Source: Eledone cirrhosa
Lineage: Eukaryota
DNA length: 64,000 nucleotides
Assembly: GCA_964016885.1 (NCBI GenBank)
Contig: OZ024743.1
Span: forward strand, 22,010,001 to 22,074,000
Direction: 5' to 3'
Part shown: positions 39,255 to 52,539 of the stretch, piece by piece
Layout: the number at the start of each line of letters is the position of its first letter
Position numbering within the stretch: position 1 is the stretch's first letter
The notes under the pieces: generated by a model
Databases searched by the model: none
What the model was told of the DNA's origin: nothing
Seen by the model: only the letters and a program-made list of their open reading frames with translations
Position numbers and translations under genes: made by a program

Positions 39255-39865
39255 TATCATCATCATCATCATCATCATTATTATCATCATCATCATCTTT
39301 GTTGTCGTTGTTGCCATCATTATCATCATCATTACCATCATCATGATAGTCATTATCATCATCATCACTATGATCGTGACCCTCATGATTATCATCATCA
39401 TTGTCTTCATCTGCATCATCTTCATTAGCATCATCATCATGGTTATCACCACAATTGTCATCATCATAAAGATCATTGCCATCTTTGTCAGTACCCCTAC
39501 TAAAACTATTAACATTACCACCAACACCACCAATACTACCACTACCTCCTCCACCAACACAACATACCACCACTACCGCCCCTACTAACACAACATACCA
39601 CCACAACCAATCTATCCACTCCACCACTTCTACTGTCACAATTAGCACCATTAGAACCAATTATGCTGCCACCACAACAATTTCTATCATTGTCATTATC
39701 TCTTCTGCTATCATTATAATCCTCCTCCTCCTTCTACTCCTCCTCAATGCCACCAACAACTCTACCACTACCATCTACTCCACTAACAAAACCACATCAC
39801 CAACAGCACTAATACCATCACCACCACCACCACTACCATTAACCTCACCACCACTACCACCATTC
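39255..39865. repeat. Degenerate (ATC)n/(ACC)n low-complexity tract
   Basis: Directly visible; produces spurious ORFs. Confidence 0.85.
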
Positions 39866-41428
39866 ATATAACATCTTTTATTTCATTTCCACTCCTGAAA
39901 ATTGGTCTAGCTAAAGAAACAAAAATAAAAAATAGATAAATATAAAAACAATTAAACATATAAATCAATCAAACTGTGTGAAATAGTCTAGAATTTCACT
40001 TGCAGGATTCAGTTTGAGTAGAAATTTCACAGATAAAATTACAATGCTGCTCCATATCTTTTGGATGTTTTATTCCTTAGTATTTGAAAGACCTGAAGAA
40101 CATCAGTTTATTTAGAGTGTTTAGAATACTAATTAATTATTGCTAGGTTCTAAGTTAGACCCTTCATGTATGTAAGCATTGCAGAGTAGACATAAAGTCT
40201 CTCAGTAAATATAGCCAAACGTGTAGGACATCTTTTTGGTTCCTCGTTGAGTCTCTTTGCTTCACTCAATCTTCAAACCTGGGAATTTTGAAATGCAGTC
40301 AATCTACTGACATCAATAGATACAGTGAATGGTGAACTGGTGAAATCCTTAGAGTGTTGTCAAACATGATAATAACTTGGTTCATTACATTCTGACTTCA
40401 AATCCTGCTGTGGCCTTCTGAAGTGGTAGACATAATCCACTTGGTCCTTGGCTTCCTTTCAGAGAGTCTACTCTATTTTAATCATTTTAGCTATATTTCT
40501 GGTCTAAGAATATATAATTGCTTCACTCTAACCAGTCTCAAAGCCACTAAAGAGGAGTATGGGCACTGAGCTATTTCTTACTAAACAATATATATATTGT
40601 TATGCTTTGGGAGGGTCATGTTTTCAGATAAAGAATCTTGCTAAACAAATTCAGAAACGAAATATATATATATATATATATAAGATTGAACAAGGAAAAT
40701 AAATAAGACATGGTTTAGTACTTAGTTAATCCATTGTTTTACAATCATTTCATAAGGCAAAATAAACTAAGATATTATTGATATATTGACTAATCGATGA
40801 CAGTTATGCAGCTCTATAGCAGTAGCTTCAACAAAATACATCCATTCTACTATTCATCCTCAGAAACATATATATCTGATTATGTAGATTTTGATTACTA
40901 AACAAGTTTGCTTTGCTTCGATTGAATATTCCTATCTACAATACATTGAGTTCTAATAGGGTCATAAGTCCTACCTTAATTGGATGGAATATTAATGTAT
41001 CATGATCATTATATATATATATACACACACACACAAACACACACACACATTCATATATACAACCCGTGCTAGCGTGGAAGATGGACGTTAAACAAAGATG
41101 ATGATGATGATGATGATACATAGCATGATCCATATCTTAGATATTTGGCTAGTTTTATTGGTTTATATATATAGTAATAAATAGCTAGGCAGATGAAGAA
41201 ACAGATAGATACTTAGATGGCAAACTAGATCGATAGATAGAACATATATATATATATATATACACAGTGTGTTCACATTTCACATGAATTCGTTTTAACA
41301 GGTCTTGAAAAAATATTATTAAATATTCACTTTGTGCAAATAATGCGCTATAACGCGTGTGGATTTTAATTATCAGAAATATAATATAATATTAGAATTG
41401 ACAAAGGAAATCATCAGAAATAATAATT

Positions 41429-42559
41429 TCTATATATATAAAACAGAGGATGTCTGTCTGTATAAATCCCTAAAACTCGAGAAGTACCCAACCGATATTT
41501 TTTCAAACTTTATACATGCGTTACTTATATTTCTTGAAGTCCAATGGGCTAAAGAGAAATTTAACTTTTTCTCTCCTAGGGCCCGCATTAGTCATTTTTA
41601 GGCTTTTTTGAGATGTAACTTAAAGATAATCCAGCCGATTTCCTTGAAATTTGTACCACACATTAGATAGTCTCCTCGAATTGCTGTGGACGAAATAAAA
41701 TTCCAATTCCATTAATGGTTTCTAGGAAATTTACGAATTAGCATTGGGCATTATATGCCATTTTCCTTTTCAATATAAATGCTACTTAAACATCGTAAGT
41801 AGCATATAATATTTTGATAAAAATTTGGTTTATTTAACAGAGGACACAACACTTACTTTTAAGCAGGACCATTTTCGGGGAATTAAGGAAATGAGGAGGA
41901 CCTTAAAAACTTTTGCCGGTGCCCTGTTTATGTTTTGTGCTTTCATCACACGCAAATCCGGGCCCTGTGTACGTTGCCGGGTTATTGACACTGTAAAACT
42001 CACGTCTGTGCTACTTCTACTAAGACCTCTTTTGTTGCACCTACACCACGGTATGAACGCCCTGTGCAATTATGCCGAAGAGCGGTTGTGCTAATTCCGC
42101 AGTGACCCCTTTTGTCACACCTTTGTTACTGTGTAAACGCAGTGAAACCAGTGCCGCCCAGCATTTTTGCAAATTGCACTATGACCCCCTTCTGCTGCAG
42201 CTGCGTTGCCACGCTGATTTCGTCATCTCAATATTCCTACTTGGTTTTCACACAATTGACTACGTTGCTCCTTCAGACTGACACATGTTCCCCATCCGTG
42301 ACGTAATTCATGAACAAACTTATGACATACATCAACCCACAACACTTACTCCTTTCGCATACAGTATTTCCTCAATCAGCCCACTGACACTGCCCCTACT
42401 GGATTCGGCCTGCTGGTGTTCTATGTTTCCAGTAGATGAACAATTATTCCCTGAGAATAAGGGAATTCAAAAAATACACAGCTACATTCCTCTATCTTTG
42501 CATATGCATGTTGCTATTTCACGTTTCCTACCCCGTGCAACACCGGGTCCTGCTGCTAG
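41429..42559 (+). mobile_element. Non-autonomous Helitron
   Basis: 5' TCTATATATATAAAA; 3' hairpin CCCGTGCAACACCGGG then CTAG|T; helicase-like remnant HVAISR near the 3' end. Confidence 0.75.
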
Positions 42560-42743
42560 TATAGAATATATTAGAGTTGTATTTGTATTGAATTGTTTCT
42601 AACTCCACTGACAGTCCCTACTAGAGTACTGTATTGAATTATTATTAGACTTGAATTATGCGGATTTGCTTTATGCCCCCGATTCACAAATGCATCTTCA
42701 CATAAAAAGTGAAGACACTGTATATATATATACACACACACAT

Positions 42744-42793
<50 letters not shown>

Positions 42794-42795
<2 letters not shown>

Positions 42796-42921
42796 TCAGC
42801 ACCGTTTTATGTCCATTCTTCCACGCTATCATGGGTTAGACGAGTTGTCCTGAGGTGGGCAGTCCCCAGTCAGTTGACCTTGTCTTGCTCATACGGCAAC
42901 TGATTTTGGCTTGATTTCTGC
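42794..42921 (-). mobile_element. RTE/SINE-B 3' tail fragment
   Basis: Reverse complement resembles 14370-14500. Confidence 0.7.
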
Positions 42922-45039
42922 AATACATATACATACATACATACATATATATATATTTAATACAATAACAGAGATAGTTTAAAGCTAAACTCTGACTGGT
43001 AACCATCTCACTCAACAAACATTAGGTTATATTAAAATATAAACCCAATTTAAGTGTTTGGGGTGCTAACAATATGTATAATGTGGAAAAACCAGTTGTA
43101 TTATTTTATGAGATATAATTAAAGTTAAAGTATATCTATATATCCTAATATAGGTTGGGAACATAGATATCCTAATATAGGTTGGGAACATTTGATATAA
43201 GTTTGTGCTTATTTCTGTTGAATCAGGTTTTTACCTTGAACAAAACAATAATATTAATAGATGCATAGACATAAATAAAGCATTTGTGAAGTAAATAGGC
43301 AGTATGATGCAAAAAAAGGAAGAGATAGAATTATGAACAGGCAGATATGATGGACACTTGACAGATTAGTATGGAATCACTCATGAACACTCCTCAATCT
43401 CTGACAGATGTGCTGTTAATTTTCCCCTCTGTCTTTTCTACTGCTATTCAAAGCTAGTTTTTTAGTCACTCATCTTGTGAACAAACCATTATGTTCAGTC
43501 CTTCCTCCCCCAGTACATCAACCTACTGGAATTCTGCACATTTAAAAAAAAAAAAAGAAATAGACCAACTATCAGCTTGTGTGCATTCAAAAGGAATATT
43601 AATGACATTAGTCTCCTTGGTCATTGAGGGCCTGTGGAGGCCCTGAGGCAGCATCACTTTCTCCAGATAAAACAATTTAAAATGTGACAGTTAGGAAGAA
43701 AAAGAGAAGAAAAGAAAAAAGTGAGATAGCAAGGGAAAGATGGAAAAAAGATGAAAATCAAATAGACAGTTCACAGTTCTTTCATTTTCTTTATGTAAAT
43801 ACTATATAGCCTTGTTCTTTTATTTTAACATTAAAAACGGTTAATCGTTATGTCAGAACTGGCAGTGTGGAAAATTTACTCCTTCCCTCATTCCAAAACA
43901 CACATGCACACAAAAAAAGTCTTAAAATAGGTGCAATTTATTACCACTAAGGCACACAAGTCTTGATAAATAATTAGTTTAAAAAGTATAGTTTAATTAA
44001 AAATATATTAAGAATGACACTTGCCATTGACATGCTAGTCTTTGCTATATTTTGTTATGTGAGTTGGAAGCAGATATTTGGTGGGATGAAGTGTTCAAGG
44101 CTATATTTAGTTTGCTGTTTTATGCTCCCAGCATTAAATATATTAACACTAAATAAATTTTTTTTTTCATGGGGCTGGTATCTTTGGGTTATTTATTCTT
44201 TAAACAATTCTATTTTTCTATGCCAACCAGTATAAAATCTTGTATATTTATTTCATGATTGAAAGGCAATCTGTCTCAGACTATCACAAGCCATCATGGA
44301 AAGTGTCCATAGAAATGAGGATGTTAATGATGACTAATATTACTTTATTGCTTAGTCAGGAGAAAGGGTGGTGTTGATGTCTCTTTTTCTGAGATTCTAA
44401 AACTGGCAGGAGGGAGGGTGGGAAGAAGGTATCTTATCCTCTAAAAACACCCGAATACCATGTAGTAATATCAAACCAGGTGACTGATTAAGTCTACTAC
44501 CTAAGTAGGCCATGTTGGGATTTGAACTCAGAAAGTAAAGAACCAGAACAAATACCACAAGGTATCCTAACATTCTAGCGACTCTGTTAGTCCACTATTT
44601 TAGGCTTTTTCAACCTGGAAAAATAAAAGGCAAAGTTGATTTTGGTGGAATTTGAACTAAAGATACAAGTAATCAAAATAAATGTTGCAATGCATTTTGT
44701 CCAACACTTCTTCCAATTCACCATTTAATTACTTTTAAATAGCTTTTTAATACTCCATGTATTAAATATGTTAACACAAATCTCTAAACATTAAATATGT
44801 TAACAATAAATAAACCATTGTTTAAACTACTGTTGACTAACATTACCAACTAACCAACTAACCAATTACTCATTTTATAAACAATGAGGAATGGCATCTG
44901 TTTCTCAACACAATATTCTTCTAGCAGGAGAAATGTATGTTAAATGATGATGATAGTGATGATGATAAAATGACTAGTGCTTTTTTACTTGTTTTCCTCT
45001 TCTTTTCCCCAACCCCTTAATTTCTTGCTGTAATAAGGG

Positions 45040-45440
45040 TTTCTGATTTAGGCAGAAGGCCAGCAATATTGGGGAAAAGGAAAAGTGATTTAACTTGACC
45101 CCAGTATGTGACTGGTACTTTAATTTATCAGCCTTGTAAGGATGACAGGCAAAGCTAACCTCGGCTGGATTCGAACTCAGAACGTAAAGGACTGTAAATC
45201 TATGCTGCAAACCAGGGTGTTCGATGCTCTACTGATACTGCCAATTGCTGTAATAATTATTTCTAAATTAGGCACGAGGCCAACAATATTCGGGATGGTG
45301 AAAGTAGATTTAAGTTGACCCCAGTACTTGACTGGTACTTTATTTCATTGACCGTAGCAGAATTTGAACTCTGAATATAAAGAGCCAGAAAAATACTGCA
45401 AAGCATTTGTCCAATGCTCTAATGATTCTGCCAATCCACT
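45040..45440 (-). mobile_element. Tandem older SINE family A-related copies
   Basis: Core and B box recognisable but diverged. Confidence 0.65.
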
Positions 45441-46883
45441 GTCCATTTTCTTTACTTTTTATGTAATAATAATTTTGGAATCTATGCTAGAATTTGTTTA
45501 TGTTTTGTTTGAATCTATTCTTATTCCTTTCCTCCTCCTTCACATCATCATCATCATCGCTGTCCTTGTCATTATCGTCATCATCATCATCAGCAGCAGC
45601 AACTCCAATAAACTGAAGATAAATAGAATTCTCACAAGTAATGTGTGTTTTACATGTGCTTTTTACAGCTTGCATGAGGTGACTGGTTTAATCATTGGAA
45701 GCAATTGTCTTTTTACACCTGGGGTGTCTATTCTACTGCTAATCATTCAACCATGAAGGAAGGAGAAGAATATAACATTAATTAAGACAATAACTGAGGA
45801 AATGATCCTGAGACATCATCCACATAAAACAATAGTTGAGTGAATACTAACATATTCAATGTATAGTGAACAAAAATATTTAAATAATTAAAATTGACTT
45901 TACAGCAACAGAAGGGGAATATCAATTCACTTACTACCGTTAATCAAAATTGGTTAAGACTAAGGGATGAAAACTCTAAAATTCTAATTAATCAAACTTT
46001 AAATTATGCATGCAGTAACGATATGAGAACATTAATTCAAAGTAGAATATTAATTGTACACCAAACTGCTTGAAATTACCTCTGGTTTTATGATATAAAG
46101 CTAAGTATTCTGTGTTTATATTTAACTAAAATCTTTGCTTCATAATTATATGTAAGAACCTTTGTGAAGTTATATTCCAAACACCAGATAAATAATGAAA
46201 CAGTTATTTATATTACTAAATCTCTCCAAATTCTTGATTATTACAAAAATAAATAAATTGCAAATCGTAGGCAATGTCTTTCATTAGAAATACAATAACA
46301 AGAGAGTTAATTTGATCTAAACTGAAGCTTGTAGGGGCAGAACATAAGAACTGAAGTAAATATTTGAACTTATGAACTCTGTTGTTACTTCAGCATTTTC
46401 ACCCCTTCCAGAGCCATTATATATATATTATAGTTTCTAATTTAGGGACTAGGTCAGTCATTTGGAGAAGAGGGAAATATTGATTAAATAGGCCTTAGTA
46501 CTTGGATGGAGTTTTATTTTATCAACCACAAACTGATGAAATGCAAAGTTGACCTCTGCTGGATTTGAACTCAAAATGTTAAGAGCCACAAAATACCATA
46601 AAGCATTTTTTTCCAGGGCTTTAAAAATTCTGCTAATCCATCTCAGTCTATAATAGTTTCTAACAAAGATAAAAGGCCAGGAATTTGAGGGAGGGAATAG
46701 TTGACTGGTATTTTATTTCAATTCCTCAGAAAGGATTAAACTGTAGTTGACAACAGCAAGATTTGAACTAAGAATGGAACGGAAATATCATAATTGAATA
46801 CTGCCTGGCATTGTTTCTGTTGCTCCAATGAATCTACCAATCCTCATCTCATTCTATACATTTGTACCGATATCTGTATCCTA

Positions 46884-47073
46884 ATAATTGTTTCTACTTT
46901 TGGCACAAGGCCAGCAATTATCCCAGTGTATTACTGGTACTTTATTTTATCGACCCCGTAAGGATGAAAGGCAAAGTTAACCTCGGCGGGATTTGAACTC
47001 AGATCATAAAGGGCCATAACTCTTTGCTGCAAAGCATGGCGTCAGACCCTCTACCGATACTGCCAATCCACCA
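46884..47073 (-). mobile_element. SINE family A within a cluster of older copies (about 46435-47265)
   Basis: Near-identical to 50008-50197. Confidence 0.9.
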
Positions 47074-47379
47074 GGCACAAAGCCAACAATATGAGAGGAG
47101 GGGGAAGTCAATTAGATCAATTCCAGTATTTGACTGGTACTTTATTTTAGAAAGATTAAAACCGAAGTTGTTCTTGGTAGGATTTTGAAACCAGAATGTA
47201 GAGGTCAGTAACAAAATTCTGCAATGCATTACATCCACTGAACTAATGATTCTGCCAATCCACCATTTTATCTCTATCTTAATAGTTATGTTTATAAAAT
47301 AACTTTATTTGCCATAGACAACTTCATTTCCTTTATTAGCTAAACAAAGCTGTGTTAGTAATTTATACTTTAAAATGAA

Positions 47380-48080
47380 ATATTCAAGGTGGTTTATACT
47401 TCTTTCTACACTATCTACATCAATGTTAAATTTTCTGTACAATTAATAACACCATCCTTATCTACAATCACCAACCCTTGGAGTGTGGGTTGCTCTTTCA
47501 ACAATTCTTCTCCATTCATTTAACTTTTCTGTTGTTTTTTAATTGTTGCATCTTTAATCTTCTTATCTCCATGCTATTAAATCAGTTTAATTTTACCTTG
47601 GGTTACTTCTTGGCATTTTTTCAAAGGCTTTTCCAGCAACAAACAACTTTTGTAGACCATCATTCTTTATGTCATGTTCAAAATATATAAATTCTTTCTT
47701 GATCAGTTTTTGCAAGACTTCATTCAATTCCAGTTTGCTTCAACTGATTTGTCCTTTTATCTGTCCAGTTATAATTCTTAGCATTCTTCTACAACACTAA
47801 ATTTGGAAACTCTCTATATTTTTTCTATCAGCTTTTTTAAGAGAATGTAGATCCCTGTATCTATTGGAAATATATAACTGCCCAGCAATTTCAACTTGTT
47901 CTTTTTACTTATTGATGGATTTTTCCAATGTGGTTTAAAGAAGTAACAGCAGCTATTGCTATCGCAATTATTCTTTTTATCTCTTAGCCGTTATCACATT
48001 GATTTGTAATAATACTTCCAAGATAGCAAAACTCATATACCATTTTGACAGTTTGATTATCTATAATATTATTCTGCTTG
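47380..48080 (-). mobile_element. Highly decayed RTE-like RT/C-terminal fragment
   Basis: Minus strand reads VKMVYEFCYLGSIITN, similar to the V..F.YLGS.I motif. Confidence 0.5.
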
Positions 48081-48976
48081 TTACGGTATGTTATACTTCA
48101 AAGGGAATAAAATATTCTGCTTCAAAAGGAATTTAAAAAATGAATATGTTTTCCTTAGAAAAAAAGCAAAAGTGCTTTTCTAGATGGAAAACGAAAGATT
48201 TATTTTTTTAATACAAAGGATAAATGGATTTAATATCTTTAAATACTTGTTCAAATCCATCATTATGAAAGGCATAATGCCACATAAACTCAATTACATG
48301 AGAGTTTAATTGTATGCAAGCAGTACCAATGTCTCATTTATTCTTCTTTTTACACAATTATACATTGATTTAATATACTTCCACCACACTAAATGATTTA
48401 TAGTATCTAGCTGGTACACTACTGTTCATGGTATACTTGACTGACATTATTAAATATTTTTTGTCTTTCATCATTTCATTTTCTATGGGTCCTAAGTAAT
48501 TTCACTCTCAGTTTTGGTTATGTTTTTTTGTGAAAAAGAAAGCACTCCCACCTTCACTTTTGACAAGGTAAACATCAGTAATAAAGCTAGGAGAACGGCA
48601 ATGGGGACAGTCCTATCAGGGTAACATTTTTATGGGGACCCCAATTTGAGATCTGTTGTATATATTTGATTGTGTGGGGTGTGGGGTATGAGAAGGGCAA
48701 CAACCTCAAGAGCTGCCCCAGGTAGCACACAATCTTTACACTACTAGGACAGTGTATTGGCAGAATTGTTAGAGTGTCTGACAAAATGTTTTACAATATT
48801 TAATTACAGTCCTTTATATTTTGAATTCAAATCCTGCCAGGGTCAACACTGTCTTTCATTTTTTCAGGATCAAGAAAAGAAAATACCATCAAGCTTTGGG
48901 GTTGAGTTGATTTCCCCCTCCAGAATTGCAGGCTTTATGCCTAAAGTAGATCATTATTTCTTTACACTTCGGTAAT

Positions 48977-49167
48977 GGCGGTAGATTGGCAGTATTGGTA
49001 GAGGGTCGGACACCATGCTTTGACGCATAGAGTTACGGCCCTTGCCATTCTGAGTTCAAATCCCGCCGAGGTTAACTTTGCCTTTCATCCTTACGGGGTC
49101 GATAAAATAAAGTACTAGTAATGCACTGGGTAATTGCTGGCCTTGTGCCTAACGTAGAAATAATTAT
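48977..49167 (+). mobile_element. SINE family A, full length
   Basis: Head, B box, core and tail. Confidence 0.9.
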
Positions 49168-50007
49168 TTCTTTACACTTCTGCAATCTTGTTTACTACAA
49201 ATTTAGTTCTCACTTTTCATTTAACAAAATTTCCAGAACAAAAAGTAAAGGTAAGTAAGTAAAAGTGTTTCCTGGGTGAAAAGTGATAGTTTTATTTACC
49301 TGTTTAATATAATGGACAGATCTGATATCTTTCAACAATTGTTTAAATCTGTCATCAGGAAAAAGAAATGTGTTGTGCTATATGTTTTAGCCCACCTTTG
49401 CATTATACTTTTACACTTCTGTATTTTCACATCATAATTAACTAATCTTCACCATGAAATTAAATCAAAGAGTTGAATAAACAAGACAAAGAATGAGAGA
49501 AGAAAAGTTACAGGAAATAAGAAAAAGTTTAAAACAAAACCAATGTACAAGAAAAACCACAAACATGAATGGTGCACATGGTATTAAAGCTGCTTGAGAA
49601 CTCACTAGAGTGTAGGAATATAGGTAAGTGAGATACAAGCTTCCAGCCCATCCCTGGGGTAAGTTACATCTTGAGTACCAGCCTGGTCTGCAGATGACCC
49701 GTTCAGCCCTTGCTAGCAGGGAAAGTGGATGTTAAATGATGGTGATAACGATGATGATAAAGAGAAAACATGTACAGTGAAGAGTGAGCTTGACAGAAAA
49801 TATGTTATGAAATAATGCAAATAAAGAATAGTGAACAGAACATCAGGAGAACCTTAAAAGGAATCCAGTATGACACAGAACCATGAAGAAAGAACAATTG
49901 CTTGAGAGGGTGTTGTAGTTTGCTTGAAGATTTGTGTGAAGTGTAGAAAATAGAATGTTTTATAAAAAGGCTTAAACAATGCAAATGGGACATTAAATGT
50001 TAAACAT

Positions 50008-50197
50008 AATTATTTCTACTTTTGGCACAAGGCCAGCAATTATCCCAGTGTATTACTGGTACTTTATTTTATCAACCCCCGTAAGGATGAAAGGCAAAGA
50101 TAACCTCGGCAGGATTTGAACTCAGATCATAAAGGGCCGTAACTCTTTGCTGCAAAGCATGGCGTCAGACCCTCTACCGATACTGCCAATCCACCGC
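50008..50197 (-). mobile_element. SINE family A, full length
   Basis: Head, B box, core and tail. Confidence 0.9.
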
Positions 50198-51067
50198 CCT
50201 TGTTTGAATGTTAAACATAATGATACCAAAGATGTAGGAATGTTACCCTGGAGTTGTTTAATAGTCCCTAATATTTCAGGACAAAATCCCTTCATCACAA
50301 GCACAAGAAAAACATAAATATTCTACTCTGAACCAGTTTCCTGCAGGAGTGGGGATAAGTCATGCACCAGAAGAAACAGCAGCAGCATCTTCATGTGAGT
50401 GGAAGGGGAAAAGGAGAGGAGCACGATGAGGATTTGATGTGAGTGGTTGTGTCTGTGAACCTGTGGAAACATGGGATTTCATGACAGGTTTCTGATATTT
50501 AACAAAATTGAAATACAGAGTCTATTATGATGATGTAAGGCGTGTAAATGAAAGCATAAACAATATATTTATGAGTAATAAACATATAAATCTTTAATTG
50601 CTACTGCCATTATGATGATCAAATTGATCAATTTCATTGTTATTCTTAACTCATGAATGTTTGGTCATGTTTCATTCCCACGATGCTAAATGTAAGTAGC
50701 AGAACTTATTAAAATATAAACAATCTGAGTTGAGGTTTATAATGTGGTAACATTTTAAGGACTGATATTGTTTTTCTGGAGCACCAACACAGGTTTTAAA
50801 TGCAATACTAGCCTTGCATATAGGTAATGATGCTTTTTAATCTTTGAGGGGAAATTTACTATCAAGATGCTAAAAACTGAAACATATACCACAATTCGTG
50901 TTGTCTGATACTCTCTCAATTCCAGAAAATCACCACCATAAAGGATAGCCATCTTATTTATTGGTCCAAGAGAATGAAAAGAAAAGTTGATGATAATGGG
51001 AAACAAGAAAGCCAGAATTAATAATTCAAGATTCTAACAAACCTTTCTATTTGTATATGTATATGTG

Positions 51068-51108
<41 letters not shown>

Positions 51109-51192
51109 GTGTATGTGTGTGTGTATGTGTATATATATATATATATATCACAGAAAAAAGAGAATCAGTGTTGTGATGAAAGGAATTTATTG

Positions 51193-51287
51193 GACATATT
51201 ACAATTGTTTCTCGGGCGACCAACTCGAGACACGATCGATATGGTGATCAAACCTGACTCTGAAATCGCATGGTCGTCAGATACGTC
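51193..51287 (-). ncRNA. Hammerhead ribozyme motif with a 62-nt stem II, inside an inverted-repeat unit (51145-51356)
   Basis: GACGUAU-CUGACGA-[62 nt]-GAAA-CAAUUG-UA-AUAUGUC, then AAUAAA. Confidence 0.72.
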
Positions 51288-51710
51288 TCGATTCTACAAA
51301 GCAGATTTTCCTATTTCCTAATTGTCGCAACACTGATTCTCTTTCTTCTGTGATATCATACTCTGCTCTATGAGGGCATTGAGTGCTCATACAGCCTACC
51401 GCATACGGACGCTTTAAGCATCCAACACCAATTATATATATATATATATACTGAAAGATAAGTAGCTCTGTTTCAGTACTAATTTGTGAAGAACTGTCCA
51501 ACATTTGCTAACAGAGAGGATGGATCATAAATGATGATGATAAGGATATATATACATAGGAAAATGTTAGACCCCGACGGCAGAGCTCACGCCGTTTCGA
51601 CGGCTATTTCTGGACTAGTCTAACAGTTTTCTATTACCTCCTCTACTACCCTAAGTATTGAGTACTCTGGTGCATTATGGTCCATCTGGTTCCTTACCAC
51701 ACCTCCTTCG

Positions 51711-51743
<33 letters not shown>

Positions 51744-51744
51744 G

Positions 51745-51810
51745 TCTGTCTGATGAGCGAAATAGATGTATGTTAATATTGTCTAGGGTCCTGAAACCTT
51801 TGGTAATGGA
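51745..51810 (+). ncRNA. Hammerhead ribozyme motif between (TA)n tracts
   Basis: UCUGU-CUGAUGA-stem II (UAGAU/GUCUA)-GAAA-CCUUUGG-UA-AUGGA; GUA site after 51805. Confidence 0.6.
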
Positions 51811-51842
51811 GGAGTTGAGTATTGTGTTGTTCACTTTCTAAT

Positions 51843-51898
<56 letters not shown>

Positions 51899-51905
<7 letters not shown>

Positions 51906-52120
51906 ATACTTTGGGAGGGTCATGTTGCCAATAAGATAAGAAACACATGCACCAGTTGCTTTCACTCCAATTTATTAAAATTTAAAAAAAAAATTTTTTT
52001 TAATTATAAATTTCCGGTGTGTTTCTTATTGGCAACATGAACCTCCCAAAGTATAACAATACCGGTTTCAACACACGTTTTCAGATAAAGAATCTTGCTA
52101 AACAAATTCAGAAACGAAAT
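51899..52120. mobile_element. (TA)n-flanked inverted-repeat element (MITE- or pLTR-like)
   Basis: Arms TATTGTTATACTTTGGGAGGGTCATGTTGCCAATAAG (from 51899) and its reverse complement (ending 52061); deleted copy at 40595-40663. Confidence 0.7.
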
Positions 52121-52148
52121 ATATATATATATAATATATAGTAATGAA

Positions 52149-52539
52149 GGCACATGGCTTAGTGGTTAGAGCATTGGCCTTGCAATCGAAAGGTTGTGAG
52201 TTCAATCTCAGACCGGGGTGATGTGTTGTTTCCTTGAGCAAGACACTTTATTTCACATTGCTCCAGTTTACTCAGCTGTAGAAATGAGATGATAGGACTG
52301 GGGTCCATATCATTCCACTGCAAAGTGGTCGTGGAGGTGCCACGGCAAAAAAGCACCCAGCACTCACTGTAAATGAGGTTGGTGTTAGGAAGGGCATCCA
52401 GCTGTAGAAATCAAACCAGAATCAGTTCCCATATTAGCAAGAGAAGGTCAGCTGACCGAACACTTCCCACAACAGGACAACCCGTCTAACCCATGCTAGC
52501 GTGGAAGAACGGACGTAAAAGGGTGATGATGATGATGAT
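52149..52539 (+). mobile_element. tRNA-derived SINE family B, full length (CORE-like domain, RTE tail)
   Basis: A box TGGCTTAGTGG, B box GAGTTCAATCT, CCTTGAGCAAGACACTT, 3' part matching the RTE 3'UTR at 14279-14505, (GAT)n tail. Confidence 0.9.

Noticed and set aside
39180-39871. Asp-rich, Met-rich and Thr-rich ORFs resembling biomineral proteins
   Set aside because: Trinucleotide low-complexity tract open in several frames; no splice or domain evidence.
48608-48752. Possible MITE (CAGTCCTA...TAGGACAG)
   Set aside because: Short imperfect TIR and no convincing TSD.
51570-51620. GAAACGGCGUG hammerhead-like half on the minus strand
   Set aside because: No CUGANGA, and the cleavage triplet would end in G.
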